Assembly: GCF_036321535.1 (NCBI RefSeq)
Contig: NC_087437.1
Span: 119,352,001-119,416,000 of the forward strand
Length of the DNA stretch: 64,000 bases
Source: Camelus dromedarius
Lineage: Eukaryota
Reading direction: 5' to 3'
In this document: positions 49,541 through 61,797 of the stretch, one piece after another
How the letters are laid out: each line of letters starts with the position of its first letter
How positions within the stretch are numbered: the stretch's first letter is position 1
The notes under the pieces: model-generated
Seen by the model: the letters and a program-made list of their open reading frames with translations, nothing else
Database searches by the model: none
What the model was told of the DNA's origin: nothing
Program-made: the position numbers and the translations under genes

Positions 49541-50901
49541 CAAGAGCTACAGATTCTTTAATGTAAGCAACTTCATCAGTTTGTCCAGGTCTGTTTAAGA
49601 AGCACACAAGGGAAATACACCCATTCTATGATTTCTTATAAAACAGCCAGTATGGAGCAGATGCAGGAGCTGCAGAAGGGAAAGGGACCTCAAAATGTCC
49701 TCTTCAGGGACTTTCACATCCGATCGTCAGAGAGCAGACAACGCCCTCCCTACCTGTCGAGGCTTTCCCTGCGGATGCTTTGTTCTCAGACCCACCGAGG
49801 CTTGTCTGGCCACCGGGTTCCTCGTCTGTCAGATTCGCAGGCCTCATTGGTATTGTTAGTCTCAACATTTCTATTTTCAGCCAACCCTGTGCTGGTGACC
49901 TTGTCAGGACTGAACCCTTTGCCATATGGCTTATGCTCTGCTCTTTTGTCCTCCAAGAATTCCAATAGCGCCTGCTTTACTTGGCTTTGAGTTTCCACTG
50001 CCTCTAATCCACACTTCTTCACTGGTGTAAGTTCAGCCACACCCCCGTTTCCTCTTTATGTGATGGCTCTGATGAACCTATTTCACACGTATTTCCCTTG
50101 TCTAGTTCTGAACTGTAGAGGCCAGCAACTGTAACGGGGGCAGGCAATGTCCCCTACCAGCTGTGAGACACCGTTGTAACCACAGGGAACCCCCGGTGGC
50201 CCTCGCTCGGCCCTGTGCTCTGTGCTCGCAGGGGTGCTTTCGGAGGCGTCAGGGAGGGGTGCTGATCTCGGGGAGTCCGCCACCATGACAGTCAGACTCC
50301 AAGCCATTAGCAAGTAAAGCGCTTCAGATGGATAGTCACAGCTTCAGGCATTTTGTTAAACAAAAGACTTCAGCATCAGTATAAGACGGCAGTTTTCACA
50401 GAAATGTGTGTCTTCTCCTGCAGTGCTCTCCACCGGAGCAAACGGGCGGTCACCGAAGACCTCAGGGTCTTCGTCTCTGTTTTGGGCTCTGGAGAAATTT
50501 CAGAACTCTCTTTGATGTTGGGAAGCCCATCTACTTGTACTGGTACACAACTATCTGAAAAATCTTTCTGCTAAACGTTCGCATTCTGAGCAATCTCTCC
50601 TTAATACCAGGTGACCTTGGGATCATTTCTCTAGCTCAAAACCGATTTGCTCCATAGTTTTATTTATGGACTTAATCTCATTAACGCTAATGGACATCAC
50701 ATTGTTCCCGGGGGACTAGAGTCCGCAGACATGAGCTGTGGTATCATTTCACGTCCCCAGAGTCCTCTTCCAGATCACATTCATTTTCTTCAGGTTGCCC
50801 TCTGAACTCTTGTGCTATGTTATTCTCCCCAGAATTAGGAAGAATGTGGGTTGCTAAGTCACAGACTTTTCAAACAATTTATTTTAACTCTTGATTTCTT
50901 T

Positions 50902-51595
50902 TTTCTTTCCTTTTTTTTTTTTTGTTTCAGTATAGCTGAGTACAATGTTGTGTTAGTTTCAGGTGTACAGCAAAATGATTCAGATATATGTATATTCTTT
51001 TTCAGATTCTTTTCCACTTTTCAATATAAGATATTGGATATACCTTCCTGTGCTATACAGTATAAACTTATTGTTTATCTGTTTTATATATAGTACTGTG
51101 TATCTGTTAATACTAATTTCTAATTTATCCCTCTCCTCTTTTCCCCTTTGGTAACCATAGTTTGTTTGCTATGTCTGTGAATCCACCTCTGTTTTGTAAA
51201 TAAGTTCATTTGTATCATCTTTTTAGATTCCACATGTACATGATATCGTATGATATTTGTCTGACTTCACTTAGTATGATAATCTCTAGGTCCATCCATG
51301 TTGCTGCAATTGGCATTGTTTCATTCTTTTTATGGCTGAGTAATATTCTATTATGTATATGTACCACATCTTCTTTATCCAGTCATCTGCTGATGGACAT
51401 TTAGGTTGTTCCCGTGTCTTGGCTGTTGTAAATAATGCTGATGTGAACATTGGGGTGCAGGTGTCCTTTCGATTAGAGTTTTCTCTGGGTATATGCCCAG
51501 GAGTGGGATTGCTGGATCATATGGTTAATCTATTTTTAATTTTTTAAGGATCCTCCACACTGTTCTCCATAACGGCTGCACCAATGTACATTCCC
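50902..51595 (-). mobile_element. L1 3' end with poly(T) and exact 16-nt TSD
   Basis: aactcttgatttcttt at 50886-50901 and 51596-51611. Confidence 0.92.
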
Positions 51596-51904
51596 AACTC
51601 TTGATTTCTTTGGTGAGGGCTTTGCACTCTGGTTTTCAGAAATGTACTTAGGGATCATCTGGGGAGGAATTTGATTTATTTTTGGGATCTCGTCTGACCT
51701 AGTTTGTCACTGGTTCTCTTCCATTGAAGACAATGGGCACACGAAACAGGCCAAACCAAGTGTCCTGACCCTGTGCTCTCTCTGGCGACTCGTACTGGGG
51801 AAAGCGGGCAGGGGCTGTATTCGGGGGAGTGAGCATTAAACATCCCCCTGCACCCGGAGCTGTGCTGGGGCCGAAGACCTCACGTACTGCCTGTGTGTGT
51901 TCAG

Positions 51905-52050
51905 AACATGACGAATACGGTGGTGAGGACCATGCTGAGGAACGACGTGTCCCCAGAGGGCGTCATCCACCACCCGAAGATCCTGAGCCCCATCCACTGT
52001 GCCTTCCAGAACGACCTCCTCATGTCATCGGGCTACACCCCTGAGTGGGG
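51905..52050 (+). CDS. UMODL1: UMODL1 exon 17, ZP-N
   Basis: NMTNTVVRTMLRNDVSPEGVIHHPKILSPIHCAFQNDLLMSSGYTPEW; acceptor ttcag, donor GG|gtgagt. Confidence 0.93.
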
Positions 52051-52561
52051 GTGAGTGCAGAGGTCCCCTGCAGCTCTGAGGCTCACGCTCCTCCCAGTGC
52101 CATCACCTGGCGGGAGTAGGGAGGTCTTTAGGGTTTCAGTCCCTTGAGGATCCTTCTCAGAGACCGAAGGTATAAAAGGATGGTGGCCAGGACCTGATAA
52201 TGCCAGCTTCCCTGATTTTTGTCCCCATTTCTAGCTTAGGACCAACCGGAGAAACCAGACCTGTCCCCCGAGCCAGTCACCTAGGTTGCCCCTCCTAGTG
52301 AGCTGCCCATGATGGCACCCCCATCAGGCACACCTGAGCCCCCCATTTCCCTGAGAAGCTCACCCCTCCTCTGCCTGCCACAAAATGCCAGTGATGGGCT
52401 GACCCAAGCTCTAGCCAGCTCAGAAGAAATAACCATTCTAGGCTTGTTCTCATTTGGGGGGTCTTCCCTAGTTCCATACTCCTTTGGAGATGCATTTGGG
52501 GGAGGAATGGGAACAGGGTGGGTCACAGAAGCTGACCCCCTGCAAATACTCCCTCCTGCAG

Positions 52562-52798
52562 GGTTTACACCATCATCGAGGACCTCCACGGCTCTGGAAG
52601 CTTTGTCACTGAGATGCAGTTATTTATTGGAGACTCTCCTATTCCTCAAAATTACAGCGTGTCTGCCAGTGATGACATCAAGATCGAAGTAGGGCTCTAT
52701 AAACAGAAAAGCAACCTCAAGGTGGTCCTGACTGAGTGCTGGGCGACGCCGTCCAGCAACGCCAGGGACCCCGTCATGTTTGGCTTCATTAACAACAG
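52562..52798 (+). CDS. UMODL1: UMODL1 exon 18, ZP-C
   Basis: GSFVTEMQLF...VVLTECWATPS ZP signature; acceptor ctgcag, donor CAG|gtagga. Confidence 0.96.
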
Positions 52799-53074
52799 GT
52801 AGGAGCTCTGGGGGCACAGGGCACCTGTCCCCCGATGTAGCCTGCTTTGGACTCTGAATTTCCAGGCAACACGGATGCAGACCTGGGTTTTAGGTAGCGC
52901 CTGCAGGAGACCCTCCACTTGGGAACTTGGGGACTGGAGAGCTAGCCATCCTTGCCTTCTCGGAGCCTCGTGGGGGTGCTCCATGTGCCTCAGGTGCATT
53001 GGAAGGAAACTCACCTGGGAACGAGGACAGGACTGCTGGTTTAGAACTAATGAGTCACATTCCTCTCTTCCCAG

Positions 53075-53234
53075 CTGCCCCATCCCCAACACACACACCA
53101 TTGTGATCGAGAACGGAAACTCCTACAAGGCTCAGGTTAAGCTGAAAATCTTTTCTTTCATCAACAACTCCATAGTCTACCTGCACTGCAAACTCCGCAT
53201 CTGCCTGGAATCCCCTGGAACCACGTGCAAAATA
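53075..53234 (+). CDS. UMODL1: UMODL1 exon 19, ZP-C
   Basis: CPIPN...IENG...IFSF...VYLHCKLRIC ZP signature; acceptor ttcccag, donor ATA|gtaggt. Confidence 0.96.
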
Positions 53235-54119
53235 GTAGGTGCTTTGCTGTTCTGACCTCTGGATGCACGCTCCTTGTTAAGGGGAGCCCAGGGCTTGGGC
53301 GGCTCCGGGGCCCGCCTTTGGGGAGGAGGTGCTGGCCCTGCAGACTTGGCCCTTAAAAGGCGTGAAGTGAGGGTTCACTGGTGGGCAGCCCTGGGTGGGG
53401 TTCTGATGTCGCCGACTCCCTCTGAGACTGTACCACTCCACTGGCCTGCACACCAGACCTTCCTTGTCATGGTGCTACAATGCTTCTCCTCGAGGTGATT
53501 TAACACATATTTAGGAGTAAAAATGTGACTTTAATTTAGTGCTACTTTTAGCAAAGTCGATGGAACACTACTGAATCCTAGCCACTGCGATATTTAATCA
53601 GGGTTTTTTTTTCCCCTCTCTTTCCCATTCAGCGTGTATGCTGGGATTCTGAATGATTTCACATTCTCATTTCTGCAGACCTTTGAATTTGAAATGTGCT
53701 TTGCATTCTTGGTTGAAGAGATATTCTTCCACAGACAAGTGTGTGGGGTGACTGTCCCAGCTGGGGCCGAGGACGGCGGAGGGGGCTCTGCTGGCCTCGG
53801 GTTCAGCTGCTGTGTGTTTCTCTCTCCTTTGGGGGACAGCTTTCCTGGGTGACCAACTGGATACAGGAGAAGATACCCAGTGACCCCTGATTTTGTCATC
53901 TCCTTTTCGCAAACAGTAGATCGCCCGAAACAACAGGAGGGAAGGAACACGGACCCCTGATACCTGCCAGCCGAGGGGGCTGCAAGCCTGCACCTGGTCC
54001 CGCGGCCCCTTTGGGACCCTGAGAGTGCTCAGGCCGCAGCAGCCTCGGCCGGGAGCTGCCGGTCTCAGACTCTCTACAGTATGAGCTTCACAGATTTCAA
54101 TCCGTGTCCCTTTAGGGTG

Positions 54120-54497
54120 GTGTTGGCTTGGTGTCCTGGGGCGGCCGTAGCGAAGTACCCCAGGCTGGGCGGCTTTGATCACAGAGGTTTATCCTCGCGC
54201 AGCTCTGGAGGCCGGAAGTCTGAGGTCAAGGCGTCGGCTGGGTTGTCCCTTCTGAGGCTGTGAGGGACAGTCCTCTCCTGGGCCCTCTTCCTGGCTGGTG
54301 GACGGCAGTCTTCACACGTCGTCTGTCTGCGCGTGTCTGAGTCTGTGTTCAAATTTTCTCTTTGTACAAGGACCGCCACTGTAATGACCCCATCTTAACT
54401 TGATCATTGGCAAAGTCCCTGTTTCCAGTTAAGGTCACTTCCACTGGCTGGGGCTAAGACTGCAGCATCTTTCAGGGGACACAGTGCACCCCATAGC
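54120..54497 (-). mobile_element. MaLR (MLT1-like) LTR
   Basis: tctggaggccggaagtctgaggtcaagg...atcttaacttgat...ggggacacagtgcaccccatagca. Confidence 0.75.
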
Positions 54498-54908
54498 AGG
54501 GATATAGTAAGCAGATCCTGTCATGTCACTGAACCTTTTTGTAAGGCAAAGGCCTTCAGAGGGGCAGCTGTTGGCAGCAGGCGTGGAGAACACAAAGGAG
54601 GCTCCCCCGCGCCCATGGGGCCAGAGCTAGTACCTAAGACAGCTCTGGGGGCTGCGTCTCTCTTCCTCCAACCCTCCCGCCGCCCAGCCCTGCCCCCATC
54701 CCACTGGGCCAACGCGCCCGGCACAGCCCCGCGGTCCAGGTGGTCCGGCTTCCCCCTGCCTCCTTCTCCCTTGACTGAACTCATCCATCGTGACTTGATC
54801 TTTCCAGCAGGAAAAAAGTACGAATCAGAGTATCGCTCCTGAGAGCAGGTTCATTTCTCATAAACATTGTTCAACTAATTTGAACTTTCTTTCCTTTTAA
54901 AACAATAG

Positions 54909-54993
54909 AATTGCGATGACTTTCGGTCACCGAGAAGTGGGGAGACATCTGTGACGCACCAGATGTCCTGGGGGCCCCTCATTCGCTCCGAAG
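54909..54993 (+). CDS. UMODL1: UMODL1 exon 20, end of ZP and external hydrophobic patch (NCDDFRSPR...QMSWGPLIRSE)
   Basis: Acceptor caatag, donor AAG|gtgagt; xGPLx EHP motif typical of ZP proteins. Confidence 0.92.
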
Positions 54994-55519
54994 GTGAGTT
55001 GGTGAGTTGGTTTAGACAATTAATGAAAACATGCACTTCACCAGCATGGACACCAACAAGCAACCACTTGGGAGCATGGAAATCCTAAGATTTTCCTAAA
55101 GACTCATACTAGTACAAGTGACAGCAACATTTGTGGAGGGCCCGACTTTCCACAGGGTAGGGCCCACTGGAGGCTAGATTTAAGGCCCATCCGGGGAAAA
55201 GTTGTCAGGGAGCTGATGCCCCAGAGTCTGGGGGCCTCAGGCTCCTTGGAGGTTGCAGCTGCTCCAGCAACCGTCACCAGTGTCCCTGTCCCAGTGTGTC
55301 CCTCTATCTGGTTGGGGGGTTGCCCGGGTTCTAGCAGGGTCACCGAGCAGGCGGTCAGGAGGGGGCCTCTTCTAGGCCATTATTGGGCACTCGGGTGACT
55401 GCACACACCTAAGCCATGACCGGGAGACCCAGAGCTGCAGCCACTCCCGGCAACAGCCCTGGGAATGGGAAATGGAATCTCAGTTACCCCTTGTTGCCCA
55501 GGAAGGCTCTTTCCTCCCC

Positions 55520-56000
55520 AGACTTTTTAATAAGCTCCTGTGATAAAATTGAGATAAAAGTCACCTAATAGAAAGTTCCCTGTTTTAAAATCAACAGTTG
55601 AGTGGCACTTAGCACATTCACAGTGTTGTGCAAACACCACCGCTCTCTGGTTTCAGAACTTTTTCATCTCCCCAAAGGCAGCTCCGTGCCCACTGGGAGA
55701 GACTCCCCAGACCCTCCCCTGTCCCTGAAATCTTCGAGATTGGCTTTCTGTCTTGGTTGTCCCTAGAAACAGAGTCACATGATGGACGTGTGGTCCTCGG
55801 TGACTGCCCCACGGTGAACGTTCTCACGGCTGATCCACGTAGTGGCGTGTGTCGGCATCTCACCCCTTTCTTTTATGGCCAAGTGCCGTGCACCGCACTG
55901 GGTTTACTCCCTCATCCTTTGATGGATGTTCGGGCTGCCCCCCCTTGTGGTTGTGGGGATACTGCTGTGAACCTGCATGTCCAAGTATTTATGTGAGTCA
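55520..56000 (-). mobile_element. Old L1M 3' end
   Basis: ttagcacattcacagtgttgtgcaa...ttcagaactttttcatctcccc. Confidence 0.7.
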
Positions 56001-56063
56001 CTATTTTCAGCGAAAATAGTTGAAATGTGGGTCCAGGCGCTCCTGTGTTTTTCTCGGCCCTGG

Positions 56064-56107
56064 GTCTGGGGAGGGCAGGCCCTGCGTCTGGGGAGGGCAG
56101 GCCCCGC
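56064..56107. repeat. 22-bp tandem duplication gtctggggagggcaggccc(t/c)gc x2
   Basis: Seen directly, 1 mismatch. Confidence 0.9.
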
Positions 56108-56436
56108 GTGCGGTGTCTCTGTGCGGGGTCCACTGAGATCCTTGCCTCCCGCCTGAAACCCTGTTGCTCCCGCGCAGCGAGATCCTCTTGGATCATCAAG
56201 AACACGAGTGGGCTGAGCCGTCCTGGCTCCTGTGCTCCCTTGGGCTTCGGACGCCTGCCCCTGCACTTTTGGGAACCCGCAGGTACACAGCCACATTGTG
56301 ATACCTTTACGAAGTGGCCGACATGTGAGCACTTGCCCCACGGCGGGCTCCGTCCTGAGCCCCACCACGCTCCAGGGGCGATGCTGGGCCCCCCTGGGGA
56401 CCAGACCTCCCACCTGTGCCTATCTTGTCCCTGCAG

Positions 56437-56618
56437 GACCACCTCCGGGTGCAGAGCCGGGCCTGGGCTCCGGTTACCTGGTCCTCATCGCAGTGGCCGT
56501 CCTCGCCGCGGTGGCGGGGGCAGCTGCCCTTCTCGTCACGCGATACCAGAGAGTGACGGGAAAGTACAGCTTCAGAACCCAGGCCGACAACTTCAGCTAC
56601 CAGGTGTTCCGTGAATAA
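56437..56618 (+). CDS. UMODL1: UMODL1 exon 21 coding part, TM helix and cytoplasmic tail to TAA
   Basis: YLVLIAVAVLAAVAGAAALLV hydrophobic helix; tail RYQRV...YQVFRE*; acceptor ctgcag. Confidence 0.94.
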
Positions 56619-56748
56619 GGCGCCCCCGCCCGAGGTGGGTGCGATGCATCTGACGCTGAGTCCCGCCCTCACCCCCCGACGGTCACGGCGCAGCGTGTCC
56701 TGGTGTTTTGGGCAAAGGGTGGGTTGCGGGGGTTGGTGTTTCATGCCC

Positions 56749-57480
56749 GTGATATTGTAGTTTATAGTAAGAAATTCGTATTTGGTCTTCGTCCACTGTT
56801 CCTGGCAGGGGCTTCTAAAACCCTTGGAATTTCCTAAATGATGATGGCATTAAGGGTGGTTCTGTTATGTTAATGAGGTGACCTTTGGCCAAACCTTAGG
56901 ATAGGGGCTGGTGGCCGGGAGAACCAACCCATGTGATTGGAGGCCTGGAGCGTTCAGTCCCTCCCCAGCCGCCAGGGAGGGGACAGGCTGGAGACTGAGT
57001 TCAATTGCCAATGATTTCATCAATTGTGTTTCTGTAATGAGAACTCCATAAAAAAAACCCCCAAAATGGGGTTCAGGGAGCGTCCACATTGGTGGACCCG
57101 TGGAGATTTGGGGAGAGTGACTCTGGAGAGGTCACGGAAGCCCGGGGCCCCACCCCACACCTGCCCTCTGCGTCTCTTCCATCTGCCGGTCCCTGAGTTA
57201 CACCCCTTTACAGTAAACCGGTGACCTAGTAGGTAAAATTCTCCTCCGAGCTCTGCGAGCCGGGGCCCAGCCGCATGTCCCGGGTGACGTGACGGGGACA
57301 GACGTCACGAGCTCCAAGCAGTGCTTTGAGCCTTTGAGAGTGTGGACACCCTCTGAGCTGTCGAGGGGCACGTGGGCCTCATTCCTCTGGGTCTGAATGT
57401 AGCTCCCTGAGATCAGATGACGTCCGTTTGGGCTGCAGTGTTGTCGGAACAGACCTAACCACACTGTGGGGGGTGCCAGA
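56749..57480 (+). mobile_element. ERV LTR, MER21-like
   Basis: tgatattg...aaaacccttggaatttcct...accaacccatgtgattggagg...ctccataaaaa; family recognised by eye; the 3' end is uncertain. Confidence 0.6.
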
Positions 57481-60400
57481 CTTGTTTCTGAGAAGGTTTT
57501 GAGATTTTTTAAAAAAGTAGAAGAAAAGATCACAGACCACGGTTGGTAGCTTTTAGTGATGCTTCCTTAAAGCTGTCAGAGGTGATGCCGGCTGGGGGTG
57601 GGCGGCAGCCTGAGACTGGCTCTGGTCCTCACCTGCGCCCCCATCTTTGCCCTCATCTGTGGGTTCTTTCTCTGCATCATCTCAGGAGGCACACCTGAAC
57701 AAGGATCGCATTGTTGACTGTTTCCTCCGTGGGTGACTGGGTTTAGGTGTGTGTTTTCTTTTGTTCTCGCCCCCCTGCACAAGCCCATCCTCGGGGGGAG
57801 CCCGCTTCACAGCAGTTCCAGATGGAAAAGGGCCAGCACCCCGCAGAACTGACTCATGCAGGGCCACATGGGGAGGGGGCAGGCCCTGGGGCGCATTCCC
57901 ACGGCTGCCCCCCTGCCCCACCCCCCCTGCACGGTGCCTGCAGCCCTCTCTGTGCAGAGCCCGGGGCCCCGGAGGCTGCGTGCTCTGCTCTGCCCTGTAG
58001 AGCTGGAGCCCCGCTCTCTTGGAAGAGCTGGAATGCCCCCAGATTCCAGTGGCTTGTCCCCCAGACTTGAGCTGATCTCTCCCCATGTCCTTCCTGACCC
58101 CTTTGTCTCATTGGAGTCTCCCTCACCTCCTGCTCAAAGCCGTTCTCAGGGGAGGAACCGTGATCCTACTAACATTAGCCTCACGTGACGGGTTCTAAGC
58201 ACCGCACCAACGTTTCCTTGTTCAGGGCCCCGACAATCCCATGGCGTCGTGTTTTTATTGTCCCTATTTCTCAGACGGGGATCTGGGCAAGGAGGTGAAG
58301 ATGTACCCCTGGGCATGTGACTGGGAAGTGGCAGATTTGGGATTTGGATCTGGGGTCCGTTCTCTTAGCTGCCGAGCTACAGTGCCTCCCTCGTGCTGGC
58401 GCGCGCGCGACCAGCAGGTATTGGGAGCGCTGCCCCTTGGCCTTTCCGTTTACGGGAGAATTTGTATTTTGATAATTAGCTAAGGGGTGCACAGATCTCT
58501 CTGTGGGGCACCAGGCATCCAGCAGCGGAGGGAGTGGCTGTTGGGGTCGGAAGGAAAGAGCCTTCCCGGGAGGCAGGTGCTGCTTACCGCTGGGGTCCCC
58601 TGCCACACTTGGGGCTCCAAATAGGGGGTGAGCAGTGGTAACTTCAATTCAACTTTAGTAGTAAAGTTACCAGCTGCCTCAGGGGGGTGCCTTCTAGTCC
58701 AGTTGGGGGCCCACAAGGTTTGGTCATGAAAACCCTTCCACTCACTGACCCTGTTCAGTCCTGTCCCCGTCAGGGCACTGTCACGTGGACACGGCCCGCA
58801 GCGGCTGGCCCAGGTCCCCGTCTCCTCCCTGGGCCAGCAGCTTCCCCAGCGAGACCACCCTCCCATGTTCACGTCTTCATTCTCTCGAGATAACAGACCT
58901 TTGATACAACTCAACAAAGTGTGGTCAACCCTGGCCTCATCCTTGAAATGAGGAAGTTGGGCCCAGAGAGCTCCAGTGAACCATCCCAGTCGCACAGCAG
59001 GGCAGGGTCACAGCACACTTCTCCACGCGGCAGCGCCCTTTCTGGGTGATTTCGTCGTCACCGGAGAAAACGCCAGCTGCCCGAGGAGCTGGTCCTGCAG
59101 ATGCTGGAGACACGGTGCCTTCACCTTGTCTCCGCCCCTTGGCCCCGAGGACACGAGGGCGCCCGTGTGCCTGGTTCCGGGACCTCGGTGCCCTCACAGC
59201 CGGGATGGGAAGGGTTGGGCCAGGGCCAGCACGTGAGGCCAGTCACTTACCCGCATAGAATCACAGGGAACTTCCAGTGGGTTTTACTTAATATTTAAAA
59301 TGTGAGTCCCAGCAGGGAGGCCAACACTCGTCCCGCGAACCTTCTGAGGAGACCTGGTGTGTGGGCGCCGTGACCAGGCCGGAAGGCCCCCTCCTGGGAA
59401 TTAAAACATCAGAGGGAAAACTGGCCCCTTGTCTTTTCTTTTTCTCCTGCGGTTTCTGTTTTCCGACGTGAAGAGCATTTAGAGCTAGTTCTCAAGTTCC
59501 TGCAGAAGTTTGCTTTTTGGAAAACGTGAAACAAACATCCCCAAGGTCGGCCCCGTGTGGGACGAGCCTCTGTCCGGGTGGGTGCAAGGACACCAGGCCC
59601 CGAGGCGTGGCCACCCTGCTGACCTGTGGGCGCCGCACCCACCAAGGCCCAGAGCCCAGCCCCGCGGTCCCCGTTGCTCTGTGCCTCCTGGGAGTCGCTG
59701 CTGTGTGACTTGGGCCCGGTCTCTCACCATCCAGCAAGCTCAGAGGTCACACTCTGGGGGTGGTGGTACTCCTCCACTGCCCATGCTTCCGGGGCTTCCC
59801 GCGTGAACCTCTCCTCTCCTGCAGGCACACTGACCCAGGCGACCCCCTCCCCACGCAGGTGGCTGTGAACCAAGCTCCAGTCTTCACGCAAGCACCGACG
59901 CGAGCTGGCTCCACCCCAAGTCTGAGGTTGGATGAGCCCCAGAGACGGTGAAAACCCAGCCTCTGCCTGCCCGCAGGAAGCTCATCGTCTGTGTGGGTCC
60001 CAGACAAGAAGCACCGCCGGGCGGGGGAGAGGAGGGTGGAGGTGCGGGCAGGGAGCGGGGTGCCTGGAGCCGCAGGCACAGGGATCTTCCAGCCAGGCTT
60101 AGGTGCAGCTCTGCCATCACCTAAATCACCCCCCAGGGCTCCCAGACTCTCACTGTCCTAAGTGGTCCAGGTGCCCTCCTGGCTTGGCTCACTGTTTACA
60201 TCTATCACTGACCACCTGCCCATCCTTCCATCCATCCATCCACCCACCCACCCATCCATCCATTCATCCGTTTGACGCTCTGTCAGATGCATAATATTTC
60301 ACACCTTCAAAAATATTTGGCAGTGCACTTGAAGTTCTTTTAAAGGCCGATCAGCCACACACACATTGTTGACGTTCTTCTGAGCAGACGCCCATGCTCT

Positions 60401-60980
60401 TGAACGTATCTCTTGCATCACCAGGATGTAGCTTTTATTTACACAGCAGTGACTCAAAGCACCCTAGTAATATGAACATCTTTATAGTAAGTAGAATTAA
60501 CACTATATATAATCACTAGTTTATATTGTTCCAAGCATTTTCACAGATATTAAAACAAATAATTTTACCAGGGCTGAGGCACTGTGTACCCGTGACACAG
60601 TGAGTAACCAGAGAAGGATGGGTGAGTTATTTACGTGAACTCATGAGTTAATAAGTGAGTTAATGAGGAAATGGGTGCAGAATCTAAGTAGCCTCATGTA
60701 GAGTTTTCTTCATTACGCCATGCTGACAGGTAACGCGTTTTACTTTGTCCAAAGCAGACTGAATTGTATTTGCTAGCCAGCACCTGAAATATAGTGTTTT
60801 TCCTTGATGAACTTAGAGTCATAACATGGTCATGGTTTTTAATTCATGAGATTAATTTTGTTGAACGTACTCAACAGCCACTAGTACGGAGCACCTGGGA
60901 GGTGTATTTTGATTTACGAGTAAGAGTTGCTGTAGAGTCACAACAGGCAATGCTGTGGACGAGCAGCTCTGGACGAGTAG

Positions 60981-60986
60981 AATAAA
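60981..60986 (+). terminator. Candidate polyadenylation signal for UMODL1
   Basis: First AATAAA I found downstream of the stop codon; ATTAAA variants lie near 59400 and 60549. Confidence 0.3.
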
Positions 60987-61589
60987 CTGCTTGTGCCGTT
61001 GACACCCGCCCGTGCTGTCTGCTCTGTCTGGTTCCACCCACGTCATGTGCTCGCCCGGCATCCCTGAGGGGCTGCTGCGCTGTGCGTCCTGGGGGCCAGG
61101 GAGCGTCTGTGGCTCCTCTTGAGCTGCATCCACGTCTGCCACCAGCTCGGCGCCTCTCACTTAGTTTTCTAGAAAAGGAGACAGTAAGCATTCAGTCAAC
61201 TGGTTTGAGTCGCATGACCGTGTGGCTTTTTGGATTTCAGATAAAGTAGCTGATGTGCATTTAAAACTCCATCTACAGTTTTCATGTAACCTCAGTAAAT
61301 ACCGTGTCCATTCATTCATGTTTCCTGTAATAATACAAACCTGGTCTCCCCTTTTCCCCTCTGCTGCCCCAGTCTATTTTTTTTGACAATATTTCCTGAG
61401 TGCACACCATGCACCAGGCCCTGGGCTCAGTGCAGTGGTTAATTGTGAGAGACAGACTTAGTTCTGCCCTCCTAGAGCACGTGGTCTTGTGGGAGAGAGA
61501 CAGATGCTGAAATCAATAGATGGTGGGAGTCGTGGTAAGTGCTGAGAGGGACAAGTGCATGTGTGCTGTGAGGTGCCCTGACCTGGTCC

Positions 61590-61797
61590 CTCCATCCACT
61601 CATCTAACCATCCACCCATTATCCTCTGTACCCATCAACCCATCCACTAAACCATCTGTCATTCCATCTGCCCATCCTCCCATCCACTCAGTCATCCATC
61701 CATCCATCCATCCACCCATTCATCCACACATCTGTCCTTCCATCCATCCACCCATGTATCTCTCCATTTATCCACTCATCCATTCATCCATCCATCT
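61590..61797. repeat. Degenerate (CCAT)n repeat; shorter copy at about 60219-60269
   Basis: Seen directly. Confidence 0.9.

Larger units (their letters stand above)
954..56618 (+). other. UMODL1: UMODL1 gene span (ATG to stop), 21 coding exons, 4089-nt CDS, 1362 aa type I membrane ZP-domain protein
   Basis: Exon lengths 76,243,162,122,187,141,255,113,220,138,597,258,113,214,138,302,146,237,160,85,182 sum to 4089, a multiple of 3. All junctions are GT-AG with matching phases. The domain order EMI-WAP-EGF-FN3-SEA-EGF-FN3-SEA-EGF-ZP-TM is diagnostic of UMODL1. Confidence 0.97.
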
